A stretch of DNA of 64,000 nucleotides from Antedon mediterranea (GCF_964355755.1 NC_092677.1:1882101-1946100), one strand, 5' to 3'; shown: positions 12,351 through 25,603, counted from the stretch's first letter. The notes: generated by a model from the letters alone, not told the origin. Made by a program: numbers and translations.

Positions 12351-13949
12351 TAACACCTAATTGTGCGACCTTATTGTAAATGTGTAAAATTATTAAAGCA
12401 GATAGTTAGTAATTTATCTGTAAAACTTGAGAAATATTTGTAATATATGCGTATGTATCATTTATTGTATGTTGTGGTATATATATATAAATTTCTATTT
12501 TAACCACATTTTATGTTTTGCTGTATTATGTCATTTGCAAGTGCCGCATAAAAATAAAATGATAAAAGTTCTAGAAAAATTATTTAAACAATGATTTAAA
12601 CTTTTATGAGGAGTTGTTAAAGTTATCAATTTTGTGTACAGAGATTGTGTGTGAGTATTTAGTATATTTTTATTGACAAATTGAGTTTTAATGATTGAAT
12701 CAAAACAATTGTGTCAAATTGCAAGCAAATATTGATGTAAATGTTAACTTGCTGTTAACAATCGGGAGGTTAAGGGCTAAAAAAGCCACATAGGTTTGAG
12801 GGCAGCACTTGGGTCATATTTAAATGAGTACGAGGAATTTATGTAAAATATATTTCTGCTGTTTTATAGGAAGTATGGTATTGAAATTTCCTGAAAATGA
12901 ACTGTTTTGTGATAACATGCTATCAATTTGGAATAATGTTTTTATGTTTTAATGACTATTTTTGATAGCTATTGTCAGAGAATAGCAACATCATTACTTT
13001 TATTCTTATAAAATGCTCGGATTAAGGTTGCGAAGGAAAATATTTCTTGAAATTATGATATAAAATACCTTGATGTTACAGTATTAGAAACACTGGAGGG
13101 AAAATACTTAATATATAAATATGCAGACTTTTTAAATATTTTTACATTTGAGCATAAAAGATATAATACATTGTCTTCAATTTTATAGTAGGGCCTATTA
13201 TTATTTTTAATAATGCAGAAAAACAAAATGTATTTTTATTAATTGTCAAAACATTTTTTGTAAATAATTTTTCAAAAATACCTAAACAAAATTATATTTT
13301 TGGTTTAAATCCTAAATTAAATGTGTTTATGACTTGATTATATGTAATGAACGACGTTAATGTACAACAGAACAATTATAATTACTACTACATTGTTTGG
13401 TAACAATTTCAAGACATGTTTTTTACAATACCATCTTATCAAATAAATGTTTTTATTGTTTACGCGAGCACTTGCTACCAAAAGTTGATGTATATAAGGC
13501 CACGCCCATCTCATTATTTAAGAACATTTTATATTGTAATTATTATACTAACACCTTATAAAATGCTGTGCAAACTTCCTTGTATTCAAAATAAATTATA
13601 TTAGAAGCTGTATATAGGGGGTTAAAGGGAATGAACATTTGGTACTTTTATTTAATGCAAAGGGTACTGACTAAAGGACCGTATTATTAGTGACAACACT
13701 ACTAAAAATGCGCTGAATAAAACATGTGCAAAACGAAGGTTGTATGTCCGTCTGTCTTCATGAGTATTGAGAAATCATCGTCATCAGTTAAAATGTGTCA
13801 TTATCATCAAAATAATTAACATTTGTATCCTTTATATATTATTAATATAATAATCATTAATATAAAAATCTCATCATTATAATTATCATTGCCATCACTT
13901 TTATCATATCATAATCATAAGGATTATTATTTTTAAAACAGGAGGGGAA

Positions 13950-14940
13950 TCCAGGACCGCTAATAACAAGGGACCGATACTATCAAGGAACCGGCGCGCT
14001 ATTAGGGGACCGCTAAATAACAAGGGACCGCTAATAACGAGGAACCGGCCCGCTAATAACAAAGGACCGCTAAATAACAATGGACCGCTAATAACCATGG
14101 ATCGCTAATAACAAGGGACTGCTAATAACGAGTGACTGCTAATAACAAGGGACTGCTAATAACGAGGAACCGGCCCGCTAATAACAAAGGACTGCTAATA
14201 ACGAGTGACCGCTAATAACAAGGGACTGCTAATAACGAGGAACCGGCCCGCTAATAACAAAGGACCGCTAAATAACAATGGACCGCTAATAACCATGGAT
14301 CGCTAATAACAAGGGACTGCTAATAACGAGTAACTGCTAATAACAAGGGACTGCTAATAACGAGGAACCGGCCCGCTAATAACAAAGGACTGCTAATAAC
14401 GAGTGACCGCTAATAACAAGGGACTGCTAATAACGAGGAACCGGCCCGCTAATAACAAAGGACCGCTAAATAACAATGGACCGCTAATAACCATGGATCA
14501 TCGCTAATAACGAGGGACTGCTAATAACGAGGGACTGCTAATAACGAGGGACTGCTAATAACGAGTGACTGCTAATAACGAGTGACTGCTAATAACGAGT
14601 GACTGCTAATAACGAGTGACTGCTAATAACGAGTGACTGCTAATAACGAGTGACCGCTAATAAAAAGGGACTGCTAATAACAAGGGACTGCTAATAACAA
14701 GGGACTGCTAATAACGAGGAACCGGCCCGCTAATAACAAAGGACCGCTAAATAACAATGGACCGCTAATAACAAGGGCCCTAATAACGAGTGACCGCTAA
14801 TAACAAGGGACTGCTAATAACAAGGGACTGCTAATAACGAGGGATCGCTAATAACGAGGGACCGCTAATAACGAGGGACCGCTAATAACGAGGGACCGCT
14901 AATAACAAGGGATCGCTAAGAACAAGGGACCGCTGCCTAA
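13950..14940. repeat. Satellite-like array of a 17-18-bp monomer (GGGACCGCTAATAACAA) with a 198-bp higher-order period
   Basis: More than 50 monomers. The marker ccatgg recurs at 14095, 14293 and 14491. Confidence 0.95.
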
Positions 14941-15427
14941 TAACGTAATAGTACAATGTACTCTTATTTCTTCTTCTATTTTTTGTCATTTTACGTTTTC
15001 AATATAATGCCATAATGTGGAAAACGTCGCCAATACCAACATTCACCAAACTGCCAAAAAAAACCATTATAATTTCCCGTTTTTAACAACACCTTTTAAA
15101 TGTAAATTTTTATTTTTATCGTATTCATTCATCAAGTTTTTTCTCCTAATAATTGCATTTAGATACTTATTAGACTTTTGATTAACACAATACGGGGAAA
15201 ACAAAATGCCGTTTCCCCTTGTGGCATATATTTACATTATACCATTAGCTTGAGAGTAAAACAACAATATAAGACGCTCTAACAATGTAAATTGGAACTA
15301 TTATAGTATTGTTTGTAACAATATGTAATTAACGAACACAACTAAAAATGAATATATATATGCTTTTTTTAATCTGCAGTAAAACAAAGGAAATTGTAAG
15401 TACTGTATCTTAATTACCTGGTCGGCC

Positions 15428-15438
15428 TATATATATAA
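15428..15438 (+). promoter_or_regulatory. TATA-box candidate of CAP gene 1
   Basis: tatatatataa about 75 nt before the ATG. Equivalent motifs precede CAP gene 2 (20039-20048) and CAP gene 3 (tataaa at about 29016). Confidence 0.55.
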
Positions 15439-15508
15439 GCTCTGGGAGTAAAGTCGGTAGAAGTCTTTGAGGATATCGTCAGCTTACGGTATTGTTAAGG
15501 AAGGCATC

Positions 15509-15679
15509 ATGATGTTGATGGTGTTTATATTGCTGATTTCATTTGTACAGGTACGTTATTATACTGTAGATTAGATGATGGATGACTTTGAGTTTGGCCT
15601 AAAATAGCAGTGGTTTAACCAATTTTGGGGGTGTGGATTAGTTAAATTTTCAACAACCATTGTATTCCACTAAAATAAC

Positions 15680-15722
<43 letters not shown>

Positions 15723-18700
15723 TGTTTGCCAGCAGATACGGGTGATACCACATACAGTTCTAAACTCATATTGATTCCGGTCTCAATTTAAAAATGTAAA
15801 ATTCTTAACCATTTTTTTAAAATTTTGTAACGGAAATAGGCCAATCCCGAACACTTGTTTTGAGCATTCAGTATTTTGTTTCTTCGGGTTGATGATAATC
15901 AAAATATTCATTTCTATATTTACATAACAAATAAACTTTGTGTTGTAATGTTTTCAGGAGGGCAGTAGCAGACTTACAATTGACGAGAAGCAATTCATTG
16001 TAGACATTCACAATGAATATCGAATGAACGTAACGCCAAATGCGGCAGACATGCGCAGACTCGTGAGTATACCAATAATCCTTTACTAATAAGCTTGGTT
16101 GCCATTTGGACGCAAAGGCTCAGAAAAACGCAAGTTGACCAATCACTAGCAAAAGTTTGGTTGATCCATGGTGTCGTGATTGGTCAAAATTACTTGCTCT
16201 TACGTTCTATTTGGGAACCAAACGATTAAAGATATCGGCCATTTCAACTTGCACGTGCGATATAGTAACTTTGAACCAACCGCTCGCTACGTCGCTTATG
16301 TGAACTGCCGAGTAGAGGTAGGCCTGGCTATGTTCACCATGTAAACCATCGGCAGTTAAATAATAGTTAGTCTGGTTATAATGTAAATGTAGAAGTAGTA
16401 GCATATGTTGTTTTACCTTTTTGTTTGTATACTTACCTACCACCACTCAATTATTACAAAAGCGGGATTATAATTCGTCCCGTTTTAAAATGTATTATTA
16501 CAAAACTAATGTAACTAGGTGTGTAATATTGAACTGTTTATTTTATATACAGGAGTGGGATGATGAAGTAGCAGCGGTGGCACAGAATTGGGCATCCGGG
16601 TGCCCTGGTGGTCATAACAGTAACGAGTATGGAGAGAATCTAGCATTTAGCACTCTGCCTTTCACCGGTAATATAGAAAATCTGTTTAAAGCTGGCCTGA
16701 AGGCATGGCATGACGAAGTCGACGACTACAAATACAACACAGGAGAATGTTCTGGAGTCTGTGGCCACTATACACAGGTATTAGCAGCGTTTTATTTACA
16801 GTTTGTAACACGTTTGCCAGGTGCCATTTAACACCTGGTTTTTTCAAAAAGAAAATGGAAAAAGTGGAAATTTTCTTCACTTTTGTAGACGATGAAAAAA
16901 ATTTCCTTAGATAAACGTTCAACTATTATATGGTTATTCTCTTCTTATTTATATTGAACATTTTTGTCCAGTGTTCACATTAAGGCTAAGATTTATGGTT
17001 TCCACTTGGACGCAGAGCAACGACGTAGACGCGACGCAAGTGATTTGACCAATCACAAACAATGAAACTTACTTACTTACCGTACCTTTGTGTCTACGTC
17101 CTTTGGTTGCGTCCTAGTGGAAACCAACTTCTGTAATGACTTTTTTAGATGGTTGATACAAGAAGTATAAAGATTGGCTGTGGTACGAATTATGAAGAAT
17201 GCGCGGGGAGATTTCCTTATACTTTAGTCTGTAACTATTCCCCAGCGTAAGTATACATACAGTTATATTTTGTATTACATTAAACTAATAATGTTAACTT
17301 CAAAAAATAACATTGTATGTAATTATATGGTAGAGCCGATACTTTATTTTTACATTTTTTAAATTTATTTATTTATTTATTTTGCTTAAGTGGAAACTAC
17401 AATGGGAACAAACCTTATCAGAAGGGGAAAACGTGTTCTAAATGTGCCGATGACACTAGATTCTGTGTTGATAAGTTTTGTGGTGAGTTGGAAACTATTA
17501 TTTTCACTGATAACTCTTGCAGAAATTCAAACGGTTGGTCTGTTAAAACATGTTTTTTTAACTAATCATTGTGCCAGTTTGATTTGGAATTTCAAAAAGT
17601 ATTATTTAACTTTATATGCACCACACTATACGCAAGTGGAGCAGTATCCTTCAACTATGACGTTTGCCCCTAAATGGAAGAAGAGGTAGAAAGGAATTTA
17701 CACCCACAACTAGCATTTTACCTTAATTAAAATACTGTACTGTTTCAGCAAGTTAAGTCCTGTATTTGAAAGTTTTGATATTAAACAAAACACAATTGTT
17801 ATTGTGCCTGTATTTAAGTGTAATAATTATTTACTTTTTGTTTAATTTTCCTTTGTTTAAAAGCTGCTGAATGTTCAGGAAACTGCAGTAAGTAACTGAG
17901 TTTATAGTATTTTTTTTATAACTGATGATGACAGAAGTACTGTAATGTGACGTCACCGATTTGTGGCAAATAAGACACATTTCGAGCAACTGTGTTTGAC
18001 CAAATGAATTGAATTGTAATTTAATTTAATTGAGTGTTGTTGTGGTGATGATCATGCAGCGGACGAGGAATAAAAATTGATATTTCTTGTCTTTAAATCC
18101 AAATTAGAGTGTAAGAGAAAATGTAAGAAGGGCGAACTGGACAAGAAGACGTGCACCTGCAACTGCTACAAAAAGAAAGGTTATTACGGCTCGTTCTGTA
18201 AACGTAAGTGTATCATTGTTTTTGCGAAAACGTATTTAAGCCGATTTTCTACCAGGCGAAATTGTTCGCGCGAATCGAAAGCGTCAGTTTGAGTAGAGAA
18301 GGATTTAGAAGATGGAAACATGCGTATAGCCATCAAGCATAAGTTTTTACCTTGCCAAGCTTACAATTTTTGTTTGTAATAACAATAACTATGCCTAATT
18401 AATATTTCAATCACTGTAGAGAAATGCAAGAATACCGACGAGTGCATCAACAGGGGCTACGATACCTGGCCTGACGAAAATGTTTGCGTCGGTGATTATT
18501 TCACTGACTTGTGTCCTCTGAAATGCCATCCAGATTGCGGTAAGATGCATTTACATATTATGAACCTTTTTAGCCGGTTTCTTCATTATATTCTTATTTA
18601 TAAAGAAAACTTCAAATTTAACCGTAAACTGTGCTAATGACAATGATTGTAAGCCTACTAATAAATGGTCACGATTAAAACATCGTTCAAATACAGCTAA

Positions 18701-19214
18701 TTATCATGATGGTGATGATAACAAAAAAGTGCATTTTGATTCATTTGTAAAAATTGTCACTTTGGGACAAACTAATTAGCCTCATTATGAGTTACGCGCG
18801 GGAGTTATCACGTGATGATGAGCAATTAAGAAAAACTAAATGGTTATGATACCTTAGGGGATACAAACACAATGTATTTGAATAAATCAATTCATCTGAC
18901 TCTATAATAGCATTTTGATGATCTAATTTAGTCAATTAATTATAAATGACTTATTCAGAACATCTGTAGTTTCGTTAGAAACTGATGTCGTTTAGCGAGT
19001 TGACCATCACAAGCTGCAGATCGGATTATCCACTTGTGCTTGGTCAACTAGCTTGCGTTGCGCTTAACGTTCTAAACTAATCTTAAGTTGACTCGACTAA
19101 GGTATGACGTCATTATTATTTTCGATTAAGTAAATTAAATATTATCCATATCCTTTACTCCTGATTCATAATTATTTCAATCTTACAGAATACTTCAAAA
19201 ACAAGAAAGGTTAA
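15509..19214 (+). CDS. Secreted CAP/SCP (CRISP-like) protein with EGF-like and ShKT-like C-terminal modules, paralog 1
   Basis: Exons 15509-15550, 15958-16062 (IVDIHNEYR..PNAADMRRL), 16553-16777 (EWDDEVA..GENLA..WHDE..CGHYTQ), 17149-17246 (IGCG..LVCNYSP), 17391-17482, 17864-17887 (24-nt microexon), 18108-18203, 18420-18539 (6 Cys, CPLKCHPDC), 19189-19214. All phases are consistent. Confidence 0.9.
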
Positions 19215-19228
19215 TTTGATCCGGATAG

Positions 19229-19381
19229 GAATTCGTATGCCTACCTATGATGGATGATGTACAATGATGTAGGCCTCCATCAAATAACAACATGTCAATT
19301 TACTTAATTCGTAGGCCTACCTATGATGGATGATGTACAATGATGTAGGCCTCCATCAAATAACAACATGTCAATTTACTT
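19229..19381. repeat. About 77-bp tandem duplication in the CAP gene 1 3'UTR
   Basis: cctacctatgatggatgatgtacaatgatgtaggcctccatcaaataacaacatgtcaatttactt is present twice. Confidence 0.9.
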
Positions 19382-20132
19382 CTTGTTATCATTTGTTAAT
19401 ATTATATAATTATTATAATTCTTTAATTATTGAGTTGTTAGTTACTTATGAAATTTAAATCTGAAACTCTAATTAATTAGTCGGGTATAATAAAGAATTA
19501 TTAGACTAGATAAGATTTTGAACAACATTATAGGCCTGCAGTAACATTTAATTTCCTATACGGGTAAAACATTTAAAACCAAAAATGCTATACAAAGATT
19601 TGTAAAAATGTTTTTGTTTTGGAAATTTTCCGATTTGTAAACTTGTTATGAAACCCCCTTGGAAATAATCATTAAAAAATCAAAAATGAAAGTTACTATT
19701 TATCATGTCCAGTTTTGTCACTATGTTCATAAATATAGCTAACGGTGTGACAACACTAAATGAGAATGTACTTTTACTTTTCCAAAAAAAACAAACTAAT
19801 CTACTGATGATATTTACACCAAGTTTAGCAAATATAAATGGAAATACTCCTTTGACAATATGCCAGAACTAAACTTGCTGTATAGTTATTTATATATTTC
19901 TGAATAATAATTAGTACCTATGGAGAAATAAAATAGTTCCAAATGAAGAGAGGTAAAACTGAAAAGTTTGTAATGTACGACTAGGGAGTAGCGATATGAT
20001 AAAGTGTTACGTAATACATATTTAATTGGATACACGGCTATATATAAATGTTTCAATTTGAAAGTGTAGTGTTATTAAACTAACCTCGTCGGTTGGTAAA
20101 GTTTGGATTATTCTGGGGAGGAAGTTGCCAAG

Positions 20133-23100
20133 ATGCTTGTCATTGAAGTGTTAGTAGTTGCGTTGCTTATCGAGGTAAGAGTTCTTCCTTTCGTATAAAG
20201 CCAGTTCTTCTCTTAAGTACCACTGTATTAAGTTAGAAAAGCAAAATTATACATATTTTTACTCGGGGTACCCGAGTCTAGTACTTACTCATTTTCTCCT
20301 TCTCTTCCTCCATCTGGACACTATTGAGTAAAAAGTGCGATTTTTAAAGTACTACTCCTCCCTTATTCGTTATAGTATTGAGCTGGGATTTGGCATGAAC
20401 ATACTACAGGGACATGTCCTCAAAGCTATAGAGCCGGATTTTTAATTTTTTGTTAATTAATTTGTTTAATTAAGAAGCCACAATGTGTGACACACACCAC
20501 AGCGTTATGTAGTTATATGGTTATATGCGGATTCTTGGCGTAGTGGTTATCACGTTTGCTTAACACGCAGAAGGTACCTGGTTCGAGCCCGGACGAAACC
20601 TTTTTTTTTTTTAATTTATGGTGAAAAGTACTGTATACGCAATATGATAATTATACAGAGTATATCTTATTTTTATTATTTTTTAAAATACTTATTTTGT
20701 GTAATCGGTAATTATCACTTTTACACATGTTTATTTTGCTTTGTGCTTATTACCATTTATTTGTAATTTAAATGGATTAAAAAACTTTCTGTAACCCACA
20801 TTTTTAATGTAAGAGGTTTCGTAGTGTAGTGGTTGTCAAGTCTGCTTAACACGCAGAAGGTCCCGGTTCGAGCCCTGGCGAAACCTATTTTCTTTACTTT
20901 CTAACTGTATACGTCTGTATACAGCTTCTTTCGCTGTACCCCGAGTATTGCACATTCGTGCTTGTTTTTATTTATTTATTTATTAAAACATATTTAGGCA
21001 GGATAACATAATTCAGAAAAGAAAAGATCACAACATTTCTGTTAACATACATGTGTTAACATGTTTATTTTAGTGTCAAATTGATTATAAAATCATGTTT
21101 CTTTTTTCAGAGTTCGACTTGTTACACAGCAGAGGAACAGGATGAGATTGTACATTCTCACAATGAATACCGAAAACATGCGAAGCCTAAGGCAGGAGAC
21201 ATGCGAAGATTGGTAAGTTGTGCTACGGAACACCGTCAGTGACGTAGTCTGGGTTCCAGACGGAGTTTTGTCTTAATATTAGTAAAAAGATAAATATTTT
21301 GGCACATATGGCGTTTCATACGTTTACTACTTGATTTTGGATACTCCGTCTGGGGAAACACGCACAAGTCACGTGGTTTGACACCAAGAATTCTTGGTGC
21401 ATACGATTATCCGGTTGACTAGTTTCAGCTGCATGCGATTGGCTACTCACTCGTACACTATTTTAATATTCATATTTCAGAATTTCAAAGACTCAACATC
21501 TAAGATGATGCGCATGCGCTATTTTACGTTTAGACAATGTGTACTTGGGTACATCATGAAGGTACCTCCATGGGTACATTGATGAAAGTTTCTGAAGGCT
21601 AGAAATGATTTTATCCCTAGTAGTCTGGTAATTATTTGATGGGATTTTTCCCAAGAACATGAAAACTCGTCTTGATATGATAGGTTAGCTTCTCCGCAAA
21701 TCAAACATTGATTGAATGGATCATTTATTACGCGGAGATATTTTGATTTAATTCCCACCCAGACCCTGTCCTGTTCTGTGTGGTGGTGTAGCCCTGTTGT
21801 GTGCCGGTGGTGGTATGTAGGCCTACCTTATTGGCGTTTTATTCGGCAGGTCATACGTGCGAGTTGAGTAGGACCTACGAAGGAGGCCTAGGCCAAGGAC
21901 TAAACAATTAATAAACAAAACAACTTGGCAACACGATTTTATATTTCAACAGTCTTGATCGTACATTCAGCACTGTTCGTATAGTACTCGATCTTTTTTA
22001 TTTTGAAACAAAATGATCATTGGCTGATTCGAAATCCATATTTACATACCGCCCGCCCCATATAGCCAAATACGGTATCGTAACCTACGTCATTCTTATC
22101 GGATGCTTGCGGTCTGCAAATCGATTTCTATACGTGTTTCACAAGTCTGTATTTTCAGACAAAAATCGCGGTCGAAATAAAAACAAATAAATTTAAAAAA
22201 AGACAATACAGACTTGGAGCAAGTCTATCAGTGACGCTGCGAACTGATACAAAATCGACGCGCGCGTACAAATGCTGCACAATTATCAGTGTTGCCTGGT
22301 CCGGTCAACATGAGCAATGCAATTATAAGTTTGTCAAGACCAGTTTGCTCTAGAGTTTGGTAAACAGAAGAAAACTTTACAGCTGGTCTGCACTATAGCA
22401 ACTTTGTTTAAGTTTGCAAACTAAAGTGTGATAGTGTAGTCTAGACTTTAGAATTTAATCGCGCGTTGTTAAAGTGTGCATCTCATCAGAACGGTCTACC
22501 AAGTTCGGTATCTTATAGTTTCATTATTCTCTTTTAGGTGTGGGATGATGAAGTAGCTAACATGGCGGAGTATTGGGTGTCAACCTGCCCCACAGATCAC
22601 AACCCAAATCGTAACAATTACGGTGAGAACATAGCGTTCAGCACTGTACCATTTGAAGGGGACATGCTACTCATTGGAATCGACCGATGGTATGATGAAG
22701 TAAAAGACTACAAATATAAAGAGGGTGCATGTACAGGAGTATGCGGTCATTATACACAGGTAAGTCATCTTTCTGATTCACACTAAACTGGTTCATACTA
22801 TAGTCACATTTGTTTCTTAAGCGTGGTTCCCACTAGAACGCAACGCAGCGACGTAATGACGCATCGTGCTGTATTGCGTAATCACAAATGGGAACCGACG
22901 ACGGGGGCAAACACAATTATTTTCTTACGTTGTGTAGATTGCGTTACTTTGCGTCGCTAGTGGACACCAAGCTTTAGTATGATCCCATTCGAACGCCACG
23001 CAACTACGTAAGCGCAGTCCAAAGTTAACCAATTACAAGCGACAGGTTATCAAACCTGTTAGTGGCGGTAATTATCGCTGTTGGATTCGATTGAATAAAA

Positions 23101-25007
23101 TAGAAAATAGAAATGAAAATAGTTTCAACGCGTCGTCAATGGTCAAATTACGTGCGGTGTATTTACATCCGTCTCTATTGGAAACCATGCTTTAACTAAT
23201 AATAATAACTGTATTGTTTTAGCCTACTGAACTTCTCAACGTAAATTTATTGGCAGGTTGAAGATGCAAGGAGTTTGAAAGTTGGCTGTGCAAGAAATTT
23301 GGACCCATGTGTCAATAACAAATACCCGTATGTGTTCGTATGTAATTACGACCCCGCGTAAGTACTTCTTTTTTGTCTTTCAAAACGCATATCGGTAAAT
23401 ATCCAGTCTCGACGCAAACTGGCACAAAATATGATACGATAAACGGTAACCGTTTTGTCTATCTTAATTGTTATGGTGCCACTAGCTGGAGAAGTGTTTA
23501 GAACCTGTTTTTCTCCGAACCATTTGAGTAAAATAGGAAACAACTATGTTGTTCTGTAGGGGTAATATGGTTGGTGAAAAGCCGTACTCAGTCGGAAAGC
23601 CGTGTAGTCGTTGCCATGATGACGCAAAGTATTGCGATGCCGACGGGTTCTGCAGTAAGATTCTTTATTATTCTTTTTAACCAAAACGTATATATATTGT
23701 GTCAATATCATTACAAGAATATATCTATGTTGTGAAAATTGGTATGGTGACAATTCAGATTATGTTTGCATTTTGTTTAGGCCTAATTTAAATCAATTTG
23801 TATATATTTATTGTTTTTACAAAATGCAAATATTTACTACATGATATATTTCCTATTTCGTCTGCAGGTGACTGCACACCTGGATCAGGAGATTGCGGTA
23901 AGACATTCATCCAAATCTTTTAAATCTTGATTTAGCAAGTAGGCCTAACCATTGTGAGTTAGACTTAAGCTTGATTCCCACTAGCTATGAAACGTAACAC
24001 AACCTACTCAACGGAAGAAAATGCCATTCCAATAATTGTGTTTTGAATTACGCAATACAGAACTTTGCGTCGATACTTTGATGCGTTGCGTTCTAATGGG
24101 AACCACGCTTTAATATGTATCTGCGTATTTCACCACCAGAGTGTAAGCGAATTTGTGCAAATGGCGGAACTCTAAATGAAGAAGATTGTTCATGTACGTG
24201 TGACACAAGCAGCGGATACTGGGGAAGTTTATGTACTGGTAAGTAGGCCTAGTTAGAAAATTTTGGGTTTTTTTAGAAAAAATGTAAATGTATCTTAGAA
24301 AGTTTTACGAAAATGTGACATGCGTAACTATTTCTAATTTAACTACGCATATAACAAACAGTTGAAGTAGCGCCATCATTTTATCATTATATCTCTGATT
24401 CGTCTAGACAAGTGCGAGAACTCAGCGAGTTGTGACCAGTACCTTACATGGGATAACTCTATTGTGTGCGCCAATGACTATTTCTACAATTCGTGCGCCC
24501 TTAAGTGTCAACCAGATTGCCGTAAGTATCGTTATGGGAGTATGGTAATACATTAATTAGAGGGGAGTATGGTAATACATTAATTAGATGGGAGTATGGT
24601 AATACATTAATTAGATGGGAGTATGGTAATACATTAATTCCAGGTATTCGGTTCTTATGATAAAATGATCTGTTGACCCCTGACATCAAATCAAAATATA
24701 TTTTTGAATTCAGGCAGACGATATCCAGTAACATGCAAATTAAACATATTATTAGCTTAAGCTCTTTCTATACTCAAACTTTATGAGGAAAAAAAATGTT
24801 GTGTGCCCATATATGATGATGTCATATCACTACCATATTTGGGCACATCACCATTTTGTTAAACTAGTCTGGTAGTGTAGACAGAGCTTTACATTTTGTA
24901 TTTGGTACTTTCTTTCAGATGCTTAGCTTATTTTATTTATAGATTAACTAATTTATTTAAGCGAATACTATAATTTATTAATTTTACATTTTTCAGAAAG
25001 CTCTTAA
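20133..25007 (+). CDS. Secreted CAP/SCP (CRISP-like) protein with EGF-like and ShKT-like modules, paralog 2
   Basis: Exons 20133-20174, 21111-21212, 22538-22759, 23257-23357, 23560-23654, 23868-23897 (30-nt microexon), 24140-24238 (CANGG..CSCTC..GYWGSLC), 24408-24521, 24997-25007. The last exon is less certain; an alternative acceptor lies at 24919. Exon phases match paralog 1. Confidence 0.88.
20529..20601 (+). tRNA. tRNA-Val(AAC)-like copy, probably degenerate
   Basis: A box tggcgtagtgg, anticodon arm tttgc-TTAACAC-gcaga, B box ggttcgagccc, then a T12 run. The acceptor stem has mismatches. Confidence 0.65.
20815..20886 (+). tRNA. tRNA-Val(AAC)-like copy, probably degenerate
   Basis: Perfect acceptor stem GGTTTCG/CGAAACC, anticodon arm tctgc-TTAACAC-gcaga and T loop TTCGAGC. 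D-stem and T-stem carry mismatches. Confidence 0.7.
21245..22227. mobile_element. 983-bp non-autonomous DNA transposon with TAG..CTA termini and a 9-bp TSD (Academ/AcademH-like)
   Basis: Exact direct repeat TCAGTGACG at 21236-21244 and 22228-22236. Ends are TAGTCTGGGTTCCAGAC... and ...AGACTTGGAGCAAGTCTA. Confidence 0.65.
22819..22974. mobile_element. Palindromic MITE (family B, PIF/Harbinger-like)
   Basis: TIRs aagcgtggttcccactagaacgcaac / gcgtcgctagtggacaccaagctt. Related copies at about 16091-16220, 16995-17130, 23968-24110, 25620-25740, 29590-30110, 31330-31680, 32330-32520 and 33091-33240. Confidence 0.7.
24534..24638. repeat. 27-bp tandem repeat x4, just after the CAP gene 2 exon 8 donor
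   Basis: atgggagtatggtaatacattaattag repeated. Confidence 0.9.
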
Positions 25008-25495
25008 TACTACTTATAACCGACTGAACGATGCATCAGATACGGACGCCGAAACACAACCATTAGATTGCAATGTATTTGAGCAAATCAATCTTTCTTC
25101 GATTTTGCTTAAGAATCTATGATCAATAGTAATGTAGGCCCTCTATATTAATGTTCTGAGTAATATCAGGAAGCGAATAAAGTTGAGGAATGATGAATAA
25201 TTCATGATGCATCACTTACCCACGAAAATAATGTATCAGGAAACGATTACAATTTGAGATATAAGTTACATTAATGTAGTAATAAATACATATTTAGTCA
25301 AAGCAACAGTACAGTATCAACATTGTTTTGGTTACTACTTTGTTTTTCCAGAGCAAATTTATTCACGCGAATCGAACTTTCTTTTATTTGATTGGTTGCG
25401 CATTTTTCAACGTCGTTAAGTAGTTGGAAAAACATTAATGCACAAACAATCGGGACCCAGGAATGGTCTATTCTAGTGAACAGATTAGTAGTAAA

Positions 25496-25603
25496 AACAA
25501 GGCTATATACATGGCTGCAGTCGCGTGCTAAAATTTGAGTTAGTGTTTACGGACCATCCGACCGACCAATCGACCAACCGACCGCGTTGCATGCGACTAA
25601 AAA
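25496..25603 (-). mobile_element. Miniature (about 110 bp) HINE-type derivative
   Basis: aacaaggc...agtcgcgtgc ... (accg)n ... gcatgcgactaaaaa, the same terminal motifs as the 25852-26653 element. Confidence 0.55.

Larger units (their letters stand above)
20256..20966 (+). mobile_element. Helentron-associated non-autonomous element (HINE/DINE-1-like) in intron 1 of CAP gene 2
   Basis: 5' TTTTT-ACTCGGGGTAC plus the adjacent short inverted repeat CCGAGT. 3' inverted copy GTACCCCGAGT (20936-20946), then the hairpin GCAC-attc-GTGC and TTGTT. Confidence 0.7.

Noticed and set aside
13950-14940. CRISPR-like array
   Set aside because: Head-to-tail monomers without unique spacers, no cas genes, and a eukaryotic context.
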